From positions 864,001-928,000 of the forward strand of contig CP000069.1 in the NCBI GenBank assembly GCA_000002445.1: a stretch of DNA of 64,000 nt, given 5' to 3'. Source of the DNA: Trypanosoma brucei (Eukaryota). The first letter of the stretch is position 1. Every line of letters starts with the position of its first letter. The translations under genes and the position numbers were made by a program. Shown here in pieces: positions 51,201 to 62,686 of this stretch. Under the pieces are notes generated by a model. That model was not told the origin of the DNA. It ran no database searches and saw only the letters and a list, made by a program, of their open reading frames with translations.

Positions 51201-53144
51201 CGCATCATATCATTGGTAGTTGAGGCAGCGGGGTTTTCAGCTTCGCGGACAGGTGTCAAGGGGCTCGTCCAGAGACTATTAGGGATGCTCGGGGACCAAA
51301 AGGTCAATTTGCGCGAGGAAGCCGCACGCTTGGCGGGAATTGCGCTGGACTGCTTAGGATTAGAACCAATTCTTCAACACATTCAAAAGCCGCTGATGGC
51401 GGAGTCTCACACTTCGAACTTAGTGGCGTTAGGCCTTATTGAAAAGGGTTTGGAGCAGAACACAGAAGGGAATGTCTCCCGGCGCGCAGTGAATTCTCTA
51501 GTACCCACTATAGTTCGGTTATGCATGAGTCGTATCCTCGAAGTGAGGTCTGCAGCGGAGCGTGTCATTGGTCATGTGCTCCCTTTTGTGGGTGAGGAAA
51601 CGGTGCTACGATCCGTGAAGAACCTTCGACCCGCTGAGCAACAAAGTGTGATGGCTCTTCTAGGTCGTCAACTGCAGCATGCGTTACGGAACGGTAGTGA
51701 CGAAGGGACGCGCGCGCCCTCTGTTTGCTTGAATAACTCAACGAGTCCTCGCTGCTCCAACTCTTCGCCACGATCACAGTGCTCATCAAGAGCTGGAGCA
51801 AGGGAGAGTTGTGCGAATCTTCGAAGCCTTGAAGTATCCGGTGTCGTTCCCCCTGGAAAAATTCCACACATGAACCTTCCAATTATTCAAGCGCAATCGG
51901 CTTCTGAGGCATCTCTAACTAGCGTCACTGCTGCTAGCGCACGTAATGCACAAGGATTTTCTCGTAACGAGGAGCTTCTTTCGATCCAAGAGATGATGGT
52001 AGGTTTGCGGTCTGCTTCTGCCACAGCAGCCATGGCAGCATGCAGTGAATTTCTGCAACGTCTTCCAAACGGCGAAGATTGTGGAACACCCGAAATGATT
52101 CACGTTATGGTAGAGCGACTACACGACAATATCAAGCAACTAAACGTTGAGCTCGCACTCGACATTATTCGGTGTTTGAAAGCGACATTTGAGACAGAGC
52201 GCTGTGCGCAACGCTGCCACACCAGTCTCCTGTTTCGTATGTTAGGTATGATTTTCGAATGTCTGCTGTCGGAATCTTTCTCACTTCACTCTAACGTCAT
52301 CAAAGCTCTGAATAATACAACACTGACACTTCTAGAGCGCTGCCCTCCTAACGATGTGTTCAGTGCATTAATGTCTCGCATGACGATGTACTCTTCAACG
52401 TACATCGAAAATGGGACAAAACCGAGCCTAAAGTACGTTCAAGTAACCGTTAAGTGTTTGATGAGACTCGGTTTTACTTCCATCTCACCGGAGAATGTCA
52501 TCGTCTGTTGTCACGAATATTTGCTACAGCACCCGCCAACTGCCTTTCGTAACTTGGACGACATTTCCATACGAACAGTGAAGACAATTTTGCAAGATTT
52601 CTGCCGACGGTATGGGTTGTCACTCCTTGAGATGACTAATAAGCTCGTCGGATCACAGAACCTTGTTTCACATTTCATCCGATCATGTTTGGATGTGGAA
52701 GAACAGATTGCACAGAGAGATAACGTCAAAGATCCCAACCGCAAGGTGGAATACCTGCAGCAGAGTCGAAAAGTGACGGAAAAGGGGGCGGCTGCCACTC
52801 AGAATGAGCAGGTTAACAACCAAAAAAAAGGTGCACAGCACGTTGACCCGCAAACGTATTGCACTTCACGTGGCAGCTTATCTGAAAGTGCTGCACCGGA
52901 TGATGCGTCTGTTGTTGGAATATTCAGCCGGATTCGTAACCACGAAACAACCAATAGTGGAATTGAGGAGCTGTATCAGTTCATTAAGTGCCATCCACGC
53001 AGTCCAACCTTTGAGAAGCAGTTTCGGCGGTGCTCGGAGGCGTTCCGTTCTTACATCAAAAGAAAAATGGAGTCTCAGATGATGAAGGATGATGACAAGC
53101 CGCCGGGGTTCGCACTTCCTGAGATTCTACGACTCACCGCTTAA
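48279..53144 (+). CDS. XMAP215/ch-TOG/Dis1-family microtubule polymerase (TOG-domain HEAT-repeat protein)
   Basis: The track start 48219 is a GTG; the first ATG is at 48279. N-terminus LPLDSLLLHKNWKGRKAGFEQV parallels XMAP215 TOG1 ([23 protein letters not shown]). The ~1620-aa product is alpha-helical and HEAT-like throughout, with multiple TOG-like blocks. Confidence 0.7.
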   Translation: MTNNEGSISPSHSLPNFLMLDAVEEDFTNLPLDSLLLHKNWKGRKAGFEQVRDQPKELRIHLLNKPKKIYAEQNIAAQEALFEALAALVPFCDNDELDVLAGEPLRVVVEKGLTGRSKAAQASFAFALDLVGAGKQTHVFNVLLPAVAHKTPKNRIAATQLCGHIVDLFGVHGLPAKALLKAMQPLFNDPNPQVRKEAANLCCHCYSYIGAGVKSCLTDLREVQLQELEKQFENIVLGRVPRRNIKGIETSTPIKSVAPIVGIASRTDRSNDLDDDAYAACSEEPVVSKIPRTFYLTALDRSARWQDRVAAVQETVLPLISVPKIRQKDDYHELCTMIREYLVDPQAPLMLVGFKCIQEMARSLRNAFAPYARTYLNPLFEKMKDKKTSVVEHVTTTLESLIRYHCITLDQCHDEIDVTLQSRVPNQRLALIQWLSRLTDKLEPTCFNRICRAQPMLSRVLNDEKIENREAAYIFVAKLMALNGEEHFQALLVSLDEKQRAKLVAIINSAANMQCTPSSSPARKAPRLEQRCESIGQRPHSSSVASSCSRSSVCGARGGRLGRALSHNKSLPEQPRVSGMEDAVTLESMLPSKDEAFNLILGLLGGDMTVSVLLTAKEWSSRHCGVLKVKNMVVGWSEKESTDYLDHVVVYLRVDPGWRESIFQVFNAMASVLQEVVNKASKVSPGAGHAIISGCLGRLTDQKSKSVVCDLITSLTKSLGAAFVLRHVVGTLVQIKTPKLLHESNVFMTQLLRSTTVSPSDAKCVVDYVNNHCAEHLFPTVRTTGATLLAIITAGSVASNEDTLEQSANTLGQSENTSLNGTVANASRTGPRREASQASTVTSYQPVRERDENERLRTNSVTTNATEVKPTSHPRHAHVEASRLNSCDKHKKMSAAVDDEENHEAVDIGPQLTLLAKQITGAPDWRTRLEGVKKVEELVFASNKRICPNGVTEIIGALRSRFDETNKNIVVDALRIISLVVEAAGFSASRTGVKGLVQRLLGMLGDQKVNLREEAARLAGIALDCLGLEPILQHIQKPLMAESHTSNLVALGLIEKGLEQNTEGNVSRRAVNSLVPTIVRLCMSRILEVRSAAERVIGHVLPFVGEETVLRSVKNLRPAEQQSVMALLGRQLQHALRNGSDEGTRAPSVCLNNSTSPRCSNSSPRSQCSSRAGARESCANLRSLEVSGVVPPGKIPHMNLPIIQAQSASEASLTSVTAASARNAQGFSRNEELLSIQEMMVGLRSASATAAMAACSEFLQRLPNGEDCGTPEMIHVMVERLHDNIKQLNVELALDIIRCLKATFETERCAQRCHTSLLFRMLGMIFECLLSESFSLHSNVIKALNNTTLTLLERCPPNDVFSALMSRMTMYSSTYIENGTKPSLKYVQVTVKCLMRLGFTSISPENVIVCCHEYLLQHPPTAFRNLDDISIRTVKTILQDFCRRYGLSLLEMTNKLVGSQNLVSHFIRSCLDVEEQIAQRDNVKDPNRKVEYLQQSRKVTEKGAAATQNEQVNNQKKGAQHVDPQTYCTSRGSLSESAAPDDASVVGIFSRIRNHETTNSGIEELYQFIKCHPRSPTFEKQFRRCSEAFRSYIKRKMESQMMKDDDKPPGFALPEILRLTA

Positions 53145-54062
53145 ATTCCTCTCCGTTATTTCCTTCAACACATATACAAGCATGTGTGTATAGATAAATA
53201 TATATACGTACATACTTGTATTCATTTATATTTGTTTATTTATATATTATGTGTCGTAATGTTTCTTTTTATATCTAACTGCGCGTGCGTGAGTAAGCTG
53301 TCATTCATCATTTAAACGAAGATGAAAGGGAGAAAAATAGAGAGGTGTATCCCAGTTGAGAAAAGAAACAACTCATTTGTTGTACAAAATAGAAGCGCTT
53401 ACACTATTGTTAGCGGTATACAATTCCTAAGAAAAAGACAAACATAAGGGGGGAAATCATGGCCTCTTTGTTGCAAGCACATCACCAAAGGAGGAAAAAG
53501 GAAACTGACAGAATAGGGTTGGAGGAAGCGAACGTGGGGGCAGTTAGAGGTGGACCGTGTCAGTGTCAAAGGAAGAATGCAAACGGAAGTAGGGGAGTGT
53601 ATCAGAGAAGAAAGAAGAGGAGATTAATAGGGTACACATATACGTACATACTTTTTTTTCTCGGAAAATGCGAGGTATTCAGACTCGAAGGACGGTACGA
53701 GCGTTCCACAATTTTTCTTGCCGCTTTTTTTTCTTTACCGTTGTCATCAGGGTGCTTGTTCATTTATTCGTGTTATTTAATTTTGTGTGCTCTTCCCCCC
53801 CTTTTCTGCGGTATTAATGTTTCTGATGGTCCCTCTCTTACAATGCTACGGATCCTGAGTGTGCCTCTTATTCGTGTCACGTGTTTCCTAATCTTACTTC
53901 TACTATTACTATTATTTCTACTACTGATTTTCCCATCTTTGCCATTACTGAGTTTGTTATGTTTTAAGTCTCTTTTTTCCTCGCGACGCGGTACCCTTCT
54001 TTCCCCTCATTTTTACTTTCGTTGTTGTTTTTATCTTATGTTGTGGCTTGCTTCATAACTGC

Positions 54063-54119
54063 GCTTCTTTGTCGTTTTCTCTGGTATGGTTTATTTTTTT
54101 TTTCTTTCCCTTTAAGCAG
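54063..54119 (+). promoter_or_regulatory. Polypyrimidine tract plus AG: candidate trans-splicing acceptor for IFT46
   Basis: A ~50-nt T/C-rich run ends in ...ttaagcag, about 80 nt upstream of ATG 54201. Confidence 0.55.
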
Positions 54120-54200
54120 TTACCCAACTTGTGCGGAAAAGCTGTAGAAAAGGATAACCAGAAGCCACATCTTTGACTCCTTAAGCCAGCAACTGCGATA

Positions 54201-55508
54201 ATGCCCCGAGGATCAAGCAAATCCAAGAAGGAGGTATCTGAGGAGCCCAAAACTACAGGCGGGAGCGGTGGTGACGCTACAGAAACAAGTCCTCCCACCC
54301 CAAAAGCAAAGAAGGGAAAGGGTGGAGATAAAATGCTTGTCAACGAGCCGAATGATGAAAAACACACTGTGGAGGATGCACGAACCGTGCAAACACCATC
54401 TGATCACGAGACAAGCGCGGCTAGAAAAAAACCACCCCCAAAGGACGTAAAAGATGAAAAGAAAAGCGAACCTGCTCATGGAGGTGGGAGATTGCTGAAG
54501 AATAACCCCAATGATGAAGTGGTTCCGGTGGAAGGCATGCATAACGTCGCAACACCCCGCTCTGGTCTCATCACAACTGAGAGTGATGGTGCAAAAGGCA
54601 CAATGCTACGAAACGCCCCCCACGACGAAGCGATTCCCGTATCTGGACATGCTATAACAATGGACACACCAAAGAGGACGATTGACGTCCATCCGGGGAC
54701 CATTACCAACACAGACGACGATGATGACCCCAAAAGCACAGAGGAGGAGGAGAGTGTTCCAATCGGCCGTACACGCGGGTATTGCAACCCCAGACCGGAG
54801 GCCATTAACCTGGAGGCGGAAGTACCAGAGACAACAGCTCCAAATCTTGGGTACAAACCACAGGAGTACGCTATGGTGAACGCCAACGCTAGTCGCGAAG
54901 TGCAGGAACTTTTTAAACGCATTCTTGATTATCAACCTCAGACACCAGAACTTCCCGCCAAGCTACGTCCATTTATTCCCGACTACGTTCCTTCCATTGG
55001 CGACCTCGATCCATTCTGTAAGATTCCACGACCTGATGGCAAGCCCGACGGTCTGGGTATATATGTGTTGGATGAACCTTCTGTGGCACAATCTAATCCT
55101 GCCGTAGTCCTACTAGAACTTCGTGCAACAAATATTCATTCCGTTGGTGGCTTAGCGGAAGCTGTGGATTCTTTTGAGGATGCAGCAAATAGACCGGAGG
55201 TGATTGATCGCTGGATAAATGATGTGAAGAAGGTACACTATAAAAAGCCTTTACCCACCATTAACTACCAAAAACCTATGCCTGAGATAGATTTGCTTTT
55301 GCAGGTGTGGCCACAGGAATTCGAAGAATTCCTCAATTCGGATGTGCAGTTCCCACCCCCTCAAATCGATCTTGATTTGGATCAGTATGTGAGGGCCTTG
55401 TGTTGTATTCTCGATATTCCCACTTATACCTCACTTATTGACTCCTTGCACGTGATGTTCACGCTCTATCAGGAGTTTAGGGCGAATCAACACTTTCAAC
55501 ACGAATAG
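54201..55508 (+). CDS. IFT46: Intraflagellar transport protein IFT46 with an N-terminal repeat-containing extension
   Basis: ATG verified. A classic polypyrimidine tract plus AG sits at 54063-54119. The C-terminal 250 aa are collinear with IFT46: KLRPFIPDYVPSIGDLDPFCKIPRPDGKPDGLGIYVLDEPS parallels KLRPFIPDFIPAVGDIDAFLKVPRPDGKPDNLGLLVLDEPS, and VRALCCILDIPTYTSLIDSLHVMFTLYQEFRANQHF is also conserved. Confidence 0.85.
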   Translation: MPRGSSKSKKEVSEEPKTTGGSGGDATETSPPTPKAKKGKGGDKMLVNEPNDEKHTVEDARTVQTPSDHETSAARKKPPPKDVKDEKKSEPAHGGGRLLKNNPNDEVVPVEGMHNVATPRSGLITTESDGAKGTMLRNAPHDEAIPVSGHAITMDTPKRTIDVHPGTITNTDDDDDPKSTEEEESVPIGRTRGYCNPRPEAINLEAEVPETTAPNLGYKPQEYAMVNANASREVQELFKRILDYQPQTPELPAKLRPFIPDYVPSIGDLDPFCKIPRPDGKPDGLGIYVLDEPSVAQSNPAVVLLELRATNIHSVGGLAEAVDSFEDAANRPEVIDRWINDVKKVHYKKPLPTINYQKPMPEIDLLLQVWPQEFEEFLNSDVQFPPPQIDLDLDQYVRALCCILDIPTYTSLIDSLHVMFTLYQEFRANQHFQHE

Positions 55509-55975
55509 AATTTCTACAAGTTTGCTTCAGTTCAATTGAGGAAGTCAAGGGGTGGAGTGTGGAGGAGGAGGAGGAGGAGAAAGGACGGAAATTGGGGAAT
55601 GATTGCGGAATAGGATACATCAGACAAAAAACAATCAAAAACAAAGTGGAGAGGGAAACCGAGGAGAGAGGAGACAATAAAGACAATATGAGGGTGAAAA
55701 TTGGATGTCGTTGGTTACTAAACGACAAACCAACATCTTCCTTGGTTGCTGGGGACAATAATTCCATACAGTTGTGGGGACCCCACTGCTGTTGTAACTA
55801 CATCTATTGTGAATTATGTGTGGGTTCTACCCTCTTTTACTCTTCATGCACTTTCTATGGCAGTGATTTTTTTTTTTTTACATTTAGTATGCGTAGTTGA
55901 GTACACAAGAAATAATTTCAAGAAAAAAAAATTACAGTACAATTTGGCGCCGTGTGATTTTATCGTTTAATAGTC

Positions 55976-57295
55976 ATGGATTCACCAACTGAGTTTTCTT
56001 GTGGTACACAATGGGATGATGATAGACGAGGGGAGGAACCACTACTTCCAGAACTTACACTGCACGGTTGCGGCCTTCGGAACTTGTCTTTGATAGTGCG
56101 TGGTGCTCAAGGAGCTGTTTATTCGGCACACGACGAGAATGGTAATCGCTTTGCGGTCAAGAGACTTTTCACGCAGCGCAGCGATTTTGGGATTCGTGGC
56201 GTTTCTGAAGGCGCATTGCGGGAAGCGACATTACTGACACTTGTTAGACAGGAAATGGAAAAACTGGTACATGACACCGCTTTTGATGTTGTCCGTCTGC
56301 AGGGAGTGGTTGAAGCACCATACAAAGAACTATGTCTTATTTTGGAGTATTGTTCTCTCGACCTCTCACAGGTGGTCGTCAAGTCTAAGCGTCACACGCG
56401 AAGTTTTCCTTTAGTTGCCGAGGGACCTCAGGTGCGGTGCCCCGTGCTTTCGAATATGGGTGTTGTTCGGTATCTATTGCGCGGAATTCTCCAAATACTC
56501 AACAATCTCCATGTTAATTGCCGTATTATCCATCGTGATGTGAAACTGAGCAACTTTCTCGTTAGAGGGGACGGCAGCGTTAGGTTGAGTGATTTTGGAA
56601 GTGCCCGTTTGCTGCATGAGACTGTAGAGGAAAAGGAAGCAGCTGAGTGCGTTACTAGCGATCCGCAGGATGAAGACGAGGTTGACTGTAGCGATCCGTT
56701 TTCTCACAGCTGCGAAGGTTACACTCCCGCTGCTCAGCGGACAACTTTGATATATCAAGCACCTGAATGTCTACTTGGGGAACGCACGTACACAACTGCT
56801 GTGGACGTATGGGCTGTTGGCATTGTTTTTGCCGAAATATTGCTTCAACGTCACCTCTTCCGTTCTGTCAATGAACTAACGTTGATATCAGACATTTGGA
56901 GGCTTCTAGGAACACCTTCAACTAAAGGCGAAGATCCCAACATTCAGGGCACCAATGGCGTGACATTTGCGGCACCCACTGAACCCACTGTCGACGTAAA
57001 GTTTAATGATGATATTGTTAGTCCGGAGGGACGTGATTTGCTGAAAAAAATGCTTGAAGTGGATCCCAAGAAACGTGTCACGGCAGCGGATGCATTGCGT
57101 CATTCGTTTCTGACCAGCGTAGATGCACAACTGAGTCTAAAGGAGGCCCCTGCGCTGTGGAGAGAAAAAGTAAAAGAATGTTTGGAAGGGGGAACACAGG
57201 CAGTCCCCATGGGGGCTCCATTCCTTGCTTTAGATGACGATGAGGAAGAAGAAGAAGAAGAGGAAGACGTTGACATGAACATGGCCACACTTTGA
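55976..57295 (+). CDS. CMGC-group (CDK-related) protein kinase with an activation-loop insert and an acidic C-terminus
   Basis: ATG verified. Kinase motifs: GAQGAVYSA, AVKRL, a PSTAIRE-like helix GALREATLLTLV, IHRDVKLSNFLV, DFGSAR...YQAPE, WAVGIVFAEIL. The C-terminus is a poly-Glu/Asp tail. Confidence 0.7.
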   Translation: MDSPTEFSCGTQWDDDRRGEEPLLPELTLHGCGLRNLSLIVRGAQGAVYSAHDENGNRFAVKRLFTQRSDFGIRGVSEGALREATLLTLVRQEMEKLVHDTAFDVVRLQGVVEAPYKELCLILEYCSLDLSQVVVKSKRHTRSFPLVAEGPQVRCPVLSNMGVVRYLLRGILQILNNLHVNCRIIHRDVKLSNFLVRGDGSVRLSDFGSARLLHETVEEKEAAECVTSDPQDEDEVDCSDPFSHSCEGYTPAAQRTTLIYQAPECLLGERTYTTAVDVWAVGIVFAEILLQRHLFRSVNELTLISDIWRLLGTPSTKGEDPNIQGTNGVTFAAPTEPTVDVKFNDDIVSPEGRDLLKKMLEVDPKKRVTAADALRHSFLTSVDAQLSLKEAPALWREKVKECLEGGTQAVPMGAPFLALDDDEEEEEEEEDVDMNMATL

Positions 57296-57716
57296 GCGAT
57301 GGTGTTGGTTTTCCCCTGCCCGATTTTCCTTCTCACCACCTCCGACCATGATATGTTTACAGTTTTTTTTTTTAAAAAGCTGTTTGAAACAATGAGGCGG
57401 TAATGAAGTTGAGGTGGACGAATAGTAAATAATGTGAGAAGTGCTACGTGGAAAAGAAGGAATACCGTGCATCGATAAGGTGATTCTGAGCCCACTTTAT
57501 CTCGTTTTTTTTTTTTACCACTGTGTGCTTTGTTAACCCCATTTAACTTCATATAGTCTCATGATAGCTCCCATTTTACAGATGAAAAAAAAAGTAGCCT
57601 CTTTTTCTTAGATATTGTCGTTGTGCTTGTCTAATTCCTTCACCTCGCTTCACTTGTTTGCTATACCTTTTCCATTCTTTCAAAGTTGACGAACATTTTT
57701 GTTTTCAGTAATTTCA

Positions 57717-58607
57717 ATGCAAAAAAATCAGACTGCATATTATCGTACACTCGGTGTCAACCGGGAGGCTACTCAAGAAGAAATAAGTAAAGCATATCGA
57801 ACGCTTGCTATGAAATTACACCCTGACAGACCAGGCGGAAGCATGGAAAAGTTTCAGCTGCTTCAAAGAGCATACGAAGTGCTGGGTAACGAATTCTCTC
57901 GATCCAACTACGATGCGGAGCTCCAAAGACGAAAAAGTAAAAGGATTGGGTTTAAGCGCCCTCCGGATTTGGATGGTGTGCTCATGCCGGTGTACTACAA
58001 ACTTGCTAATGGCGACTTGTACACATTTGAGACGGCAGTAAGTCAAATGGGCTGTACATTCAGGCATGGCGATATTATTTCATTTGGCGAGAAAATGGGC
58101 TGCTTCGTGGGGCTCGCAGGGGATGACTTTTATTATTGGCGCCGAGAGGGCAGCAATCACGCAACCAAACTTTGTCAGAGAGGGAGTTTTGGTGTGGGTT
58201 CCGTCAATTTGGTTATGCGCGCGAATTTACAAAGCTATAACATCTCACAACTACGCACACTTGCTGATGCACCTCTAGGGAGATATCGCCCAACTTCCCC
58301 CGGTCCTACCACTAAAGCCGCCACTCCGAAGGCTGCGGATTGTTCCACCACTAGGACGAACAAATGGGCAACCACGACACCACGGAAAGGGGACTTGAGA
58401 TCGGAATGTGAACTGGCGCGGCTCGCTATCACGCGACAAGTTGAGCAACGCCGTTTTGAAAAAAATGTTCGTGCCTTGTTAAAGAAGGAGCGCGAAGCAC
58501 GTGAATGCATTGACGAAGTTTGTAAAGCGACCATGGAGGATTGCCGCGTGGAGTTTGAAGAAGCATTAAAACAAAAAATTGTGACCGCAAAAACAAGAAG
58601 ATCATAA
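57717..58607 (+). CDS. DnaJ (J-domain) protein
   Basis: The track start 57699 is a TTG; the first ATG is at 57717. The J domain YYRTLGVNREATQEEISKAYRTLAMKLHPDR carries the HPD motif. No Gly/Phe region or zinc finger follows. Confidence 0.75.
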   Translation: MQKNQTAYYRTLGVNREATQEEISKAYRTLAMKLHPDRPGGSMEKFQLLQRAYEVLGNEFSRSNYDAELQRRKSKRIGFKRPPDLDGVLMPVYYKLANGDLYTFETAVSQMGCTFRHGDIISFGEKMGCFVGLAGDDFYYWRREGSNHATKLCQRGSFGVGSVNLVMRANLQSYNISQLRTLADAPLGRYRPTSPGPTTKAATPKAADCSTTRTNKWATTTPRKGDLRSECELARLAITRQVEQRRFEKNVRALLKKEREARECIDEVCKATMEDCRVEFEEALKQKIVTAKTRRS

Positions 58608-59895
58608 CCGTGAAGATGTGATATACTTCTCCCTTTCTATAATGATTGCGGAAACAGGGATAAAACGAGAAGGCTTCTGTATTGTGAGTGTCGCGTGAAT
58701 GCAATTTATAGGAATAAAAATAACGCAAAACAAATTGACATGCTTTTAACTGAGTGTTTTCTGAAAAAAAAAATATATCCTTCGTCTTGAAGAAGTTGAA
58801 ACAGTTGGTGGTTGCGACATAACAATTAGAGGAAACAACAAAAATCCCCCCAAAAAACAAAAAGAACAAACGTACGTTGCTTCATTCCGTTGGGCGAAGC
58901 ATACTTCCCTCCGGAGGGAACCTCCACATCGTGTGTTATTGTGTTGCGCATCTCTGTAACGCATTAAAGTTGAAATGTGTGTTTCTTTTTGTGTAAGGGG
59001 ATTTTTTTTCTCACCCTTTTTTCAGTTGACCACTATTGTGTTACATTATGTGTGAGTGTCCGTGGATTGAATATTATCCCTGTATTGTAACTGATATATC
59101 CCTGCGAGTGGGATCGAATCGTAAATTGTTGTTAAAATAAAAGTGCATTCGACGATATGATCCCTATTGGAATGTTGGAATTAATGAAGAGTTTTTTTTT
59201 TTTAAATCGGAGGGAAAGGAGAGGGAAAGGGTCATGCGAGTGGTCACAGGGAATATTTGCGTCTGACACCCTTTTTCGTCAGATGTTGGCGGCAACGTAG
59301 CCTTTGTACGTGTGAGATGGGAAGTGGAGTAAAGGGGGGAGGGAAAATAGAAGTGTAACACAAGTGAAAGTAAATGAGTTTCTTCTGTAATGGTGTTGTT
59401 CTTTTTTTCTTTTTCCTCTCCATACATTTTTTTCCCCGAGTTCGAGTTTTATTACTACAAAGAGGATAGCGGTTCTGTTTGATTTTATTGACGATAAACT
59501 ATGAGTGACTGTACACTGTCTTACAGGTGGGAGGAAAGGGGTTATGTTGTATATTGAGTGTGCTTGCAACTATTTTATTTTCGCAGTTGCATGCTTTCTC
59601 GTGCCGTCGTCAACACTTTTCTGTATGAATTTTTTAATTATTATTTATTAAATGTCGTGTCTTGCTACTTCTCAATCACACTTCCCTTACATACAGGATT
59701 GTTTGATGCATTTGGCATCATTTTCCTTTTTAATCAGCAGTGAAAAACGGTTTAGTGTGGCTTGTGAGAAGGTAGTGGGTCGTTGAAAAGAACCTTCGGA
59801 TCTTACTTGAGGTGACTTCCCCTCTTCAAAGCAGTTGCTTCCTCAACGGTTTATAAATTGCAACTCTCTATTTATTTTTGTTATTTGCATTGTAG

Positions 59896-61239
<1,344 letters not shown>

Positions 61240-61944
61240 TTATTAGGGGAAAGGTAACGCATCAGGGCTGAATAAGGAATAAGGTTTCAATAACACGAAT
61301 CGGTGTCTTTTTTAGTGTTCTTTTGGTATTCTCTTTGTTTTTTTTTCATGCAAACAATGGGAAACATCTAGCCCTACGGATGAGGTTGTTGAATCAAAAT
61401 CCTTTTTTTTAAAAAAAAATTACCCTCGTTGTTAAAACACCTTGGGACAAGTTTGGTGAAAATGAATCAAACACGAAGTGATGCTATTAGTAATTAAGAA
61501 AGGCTTTTAATTTTCCCTCCTTCTCTTTGTTTTAATTCAATCTTTTTAAAAGGGTTGGTGTACACAACCTGCTTCTCTTTTTTTTTCTCTCCCTTAAAAT
61601 TAAGGTCTCTTTGTTACGTCACTCTTACTTATTGCACTATTTTTTTTCCCTTTCCCCCCATCAATTTTGTTTGTCTAATTTTATTTTATTTTTTAATTTA
61701 TCTTTACTCCCCAGAAAATACAGCGAGAACCCATCTGTAGGGTCGGTAAAACTGCGTCCTCTTGTTGATAACAGTTGCCGCAACCCACACAAACACACAG
61801 GTGTAACCAGCAATAATTTTTCACGGTAGAGAGAACACTTAAGTAAGACACATCAACAGGAGGAGGCACTGTAAATTTGAATTTTAAAAAGGGGGAGGGA
61901 AAAAAAAACTAACGGAAAAAAATACCAAAAAAAAAAGAAAGGAC

Positions 61945-62232
61945 ATGTCGGAGACAATACCCGTTTCAGTACAATGCTGTGAGGGCCGATTCGAACTTTC
62001 AGTGGACTCAAACCACACGCTACGTGACGTTTTGCGTCAGTTTAAACGGGAAGTCGCTGCTCTCGATCCAATAAATTTGGAGGAGTATGTTGTGAACCAT
62101 GAAGGTAAATTATTGCTGGACGACAGCGTTACTCTGCAAACAGTTGGAGTGAAAAAAGACAGCGTGTTTGTGCTTGTCAGGAAGGCGTGCTGCCCAGCGG
62201 CCAGTCCAGAAAAGGATGAGGACGATATGTAA
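61945..62232 (+). CDS. Small ubiquitin-fold (Ubl-like) protein, 95 aa
   Basis: ATG verified. The pattern of alternating hydrophobic strands (IPVSVQCCEGRFELSV ... LLLDDSVTLQTVGVKKDSVFVLVRK) suggests a beta-grasp fold. No exact family recognised. Confidence 0.35.
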   Translation: MSETIPVSVQCCEGRFELSVDSNHTLRDVLRQFKREVAALDPINLEEYVVNHEGKLLLDDSVTLQTVGVKKDSVFVLVRKACCPAASPEKDEDDM

Positions 62233-62661
62233 TCGGTTCACGCAATATATCTTTGTAAATGTATGTTGATGTGCCATATTTACATGTATATTTGTATGTT
62301 CATATCCATATTCATGTTTGTATTCACACCGTTGTGTGTGTACGTCTATGGTTTGAAGATTGTTGTTTTTTTTTTGTAATAAAATGTTACTTTTTACTTT
62401 CCGTTATTGCAGCAAAGAATATTTTCACATTTGTTCTTTTTTGCCTTCTATTCTCCTTTTTTTCGTTTTTTTGTTGAACTTCATTGTCTTCTTTTTTTTT
62501 TCTGCAGCTCCTTTGTCGACATGTGACCGGTTGTTCTTTCTCTCGTTTTTATGCCATCTCCATTTAACGCTGTTTAGGAGATGATATTAGATAAATTTGT
62601 AAGAATGGTTCTAACGAGATAATGCAGGAACAAGAACGGTGAGGAGGTCATATGTGGGTGC

Positions 62662-62686
62662 GTGTGTGTGTGTGTGTGTGTGTGTG
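62662..62686. repeat. (GT)12 microsatellite
   Basis: Read directly in the spacer between the Ubl-like gene and the ASH-domain gene. Confidence 0.9.

Noticed and set aside
53459-54058. 199-aa + strand ORF between the XMAP215-like gene and IFT46
   Set aside because: Its C-terminal half is the translation of a long T/C-rich tract (runs such as LLLLLLFLLLIFPSLPLLSLLCF). The N-terminus is low-complexity K/R-rich, with no domain. It overlaps the polypyrimidine/trans-splicing region of IFT46. I treat it as a compositional artefact.
59100-59125. tRNA-like T-loop-resembling string gggatcgaatcg in the spacer before the TGT gene, and ggattcgaatttt at ~40511
   Set aside because: No matching acceptor stem, D-loop (TAGCTCAGT-type) or anticodon arm can be built around either. 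They are isolated chance matches, not tRNA genes.
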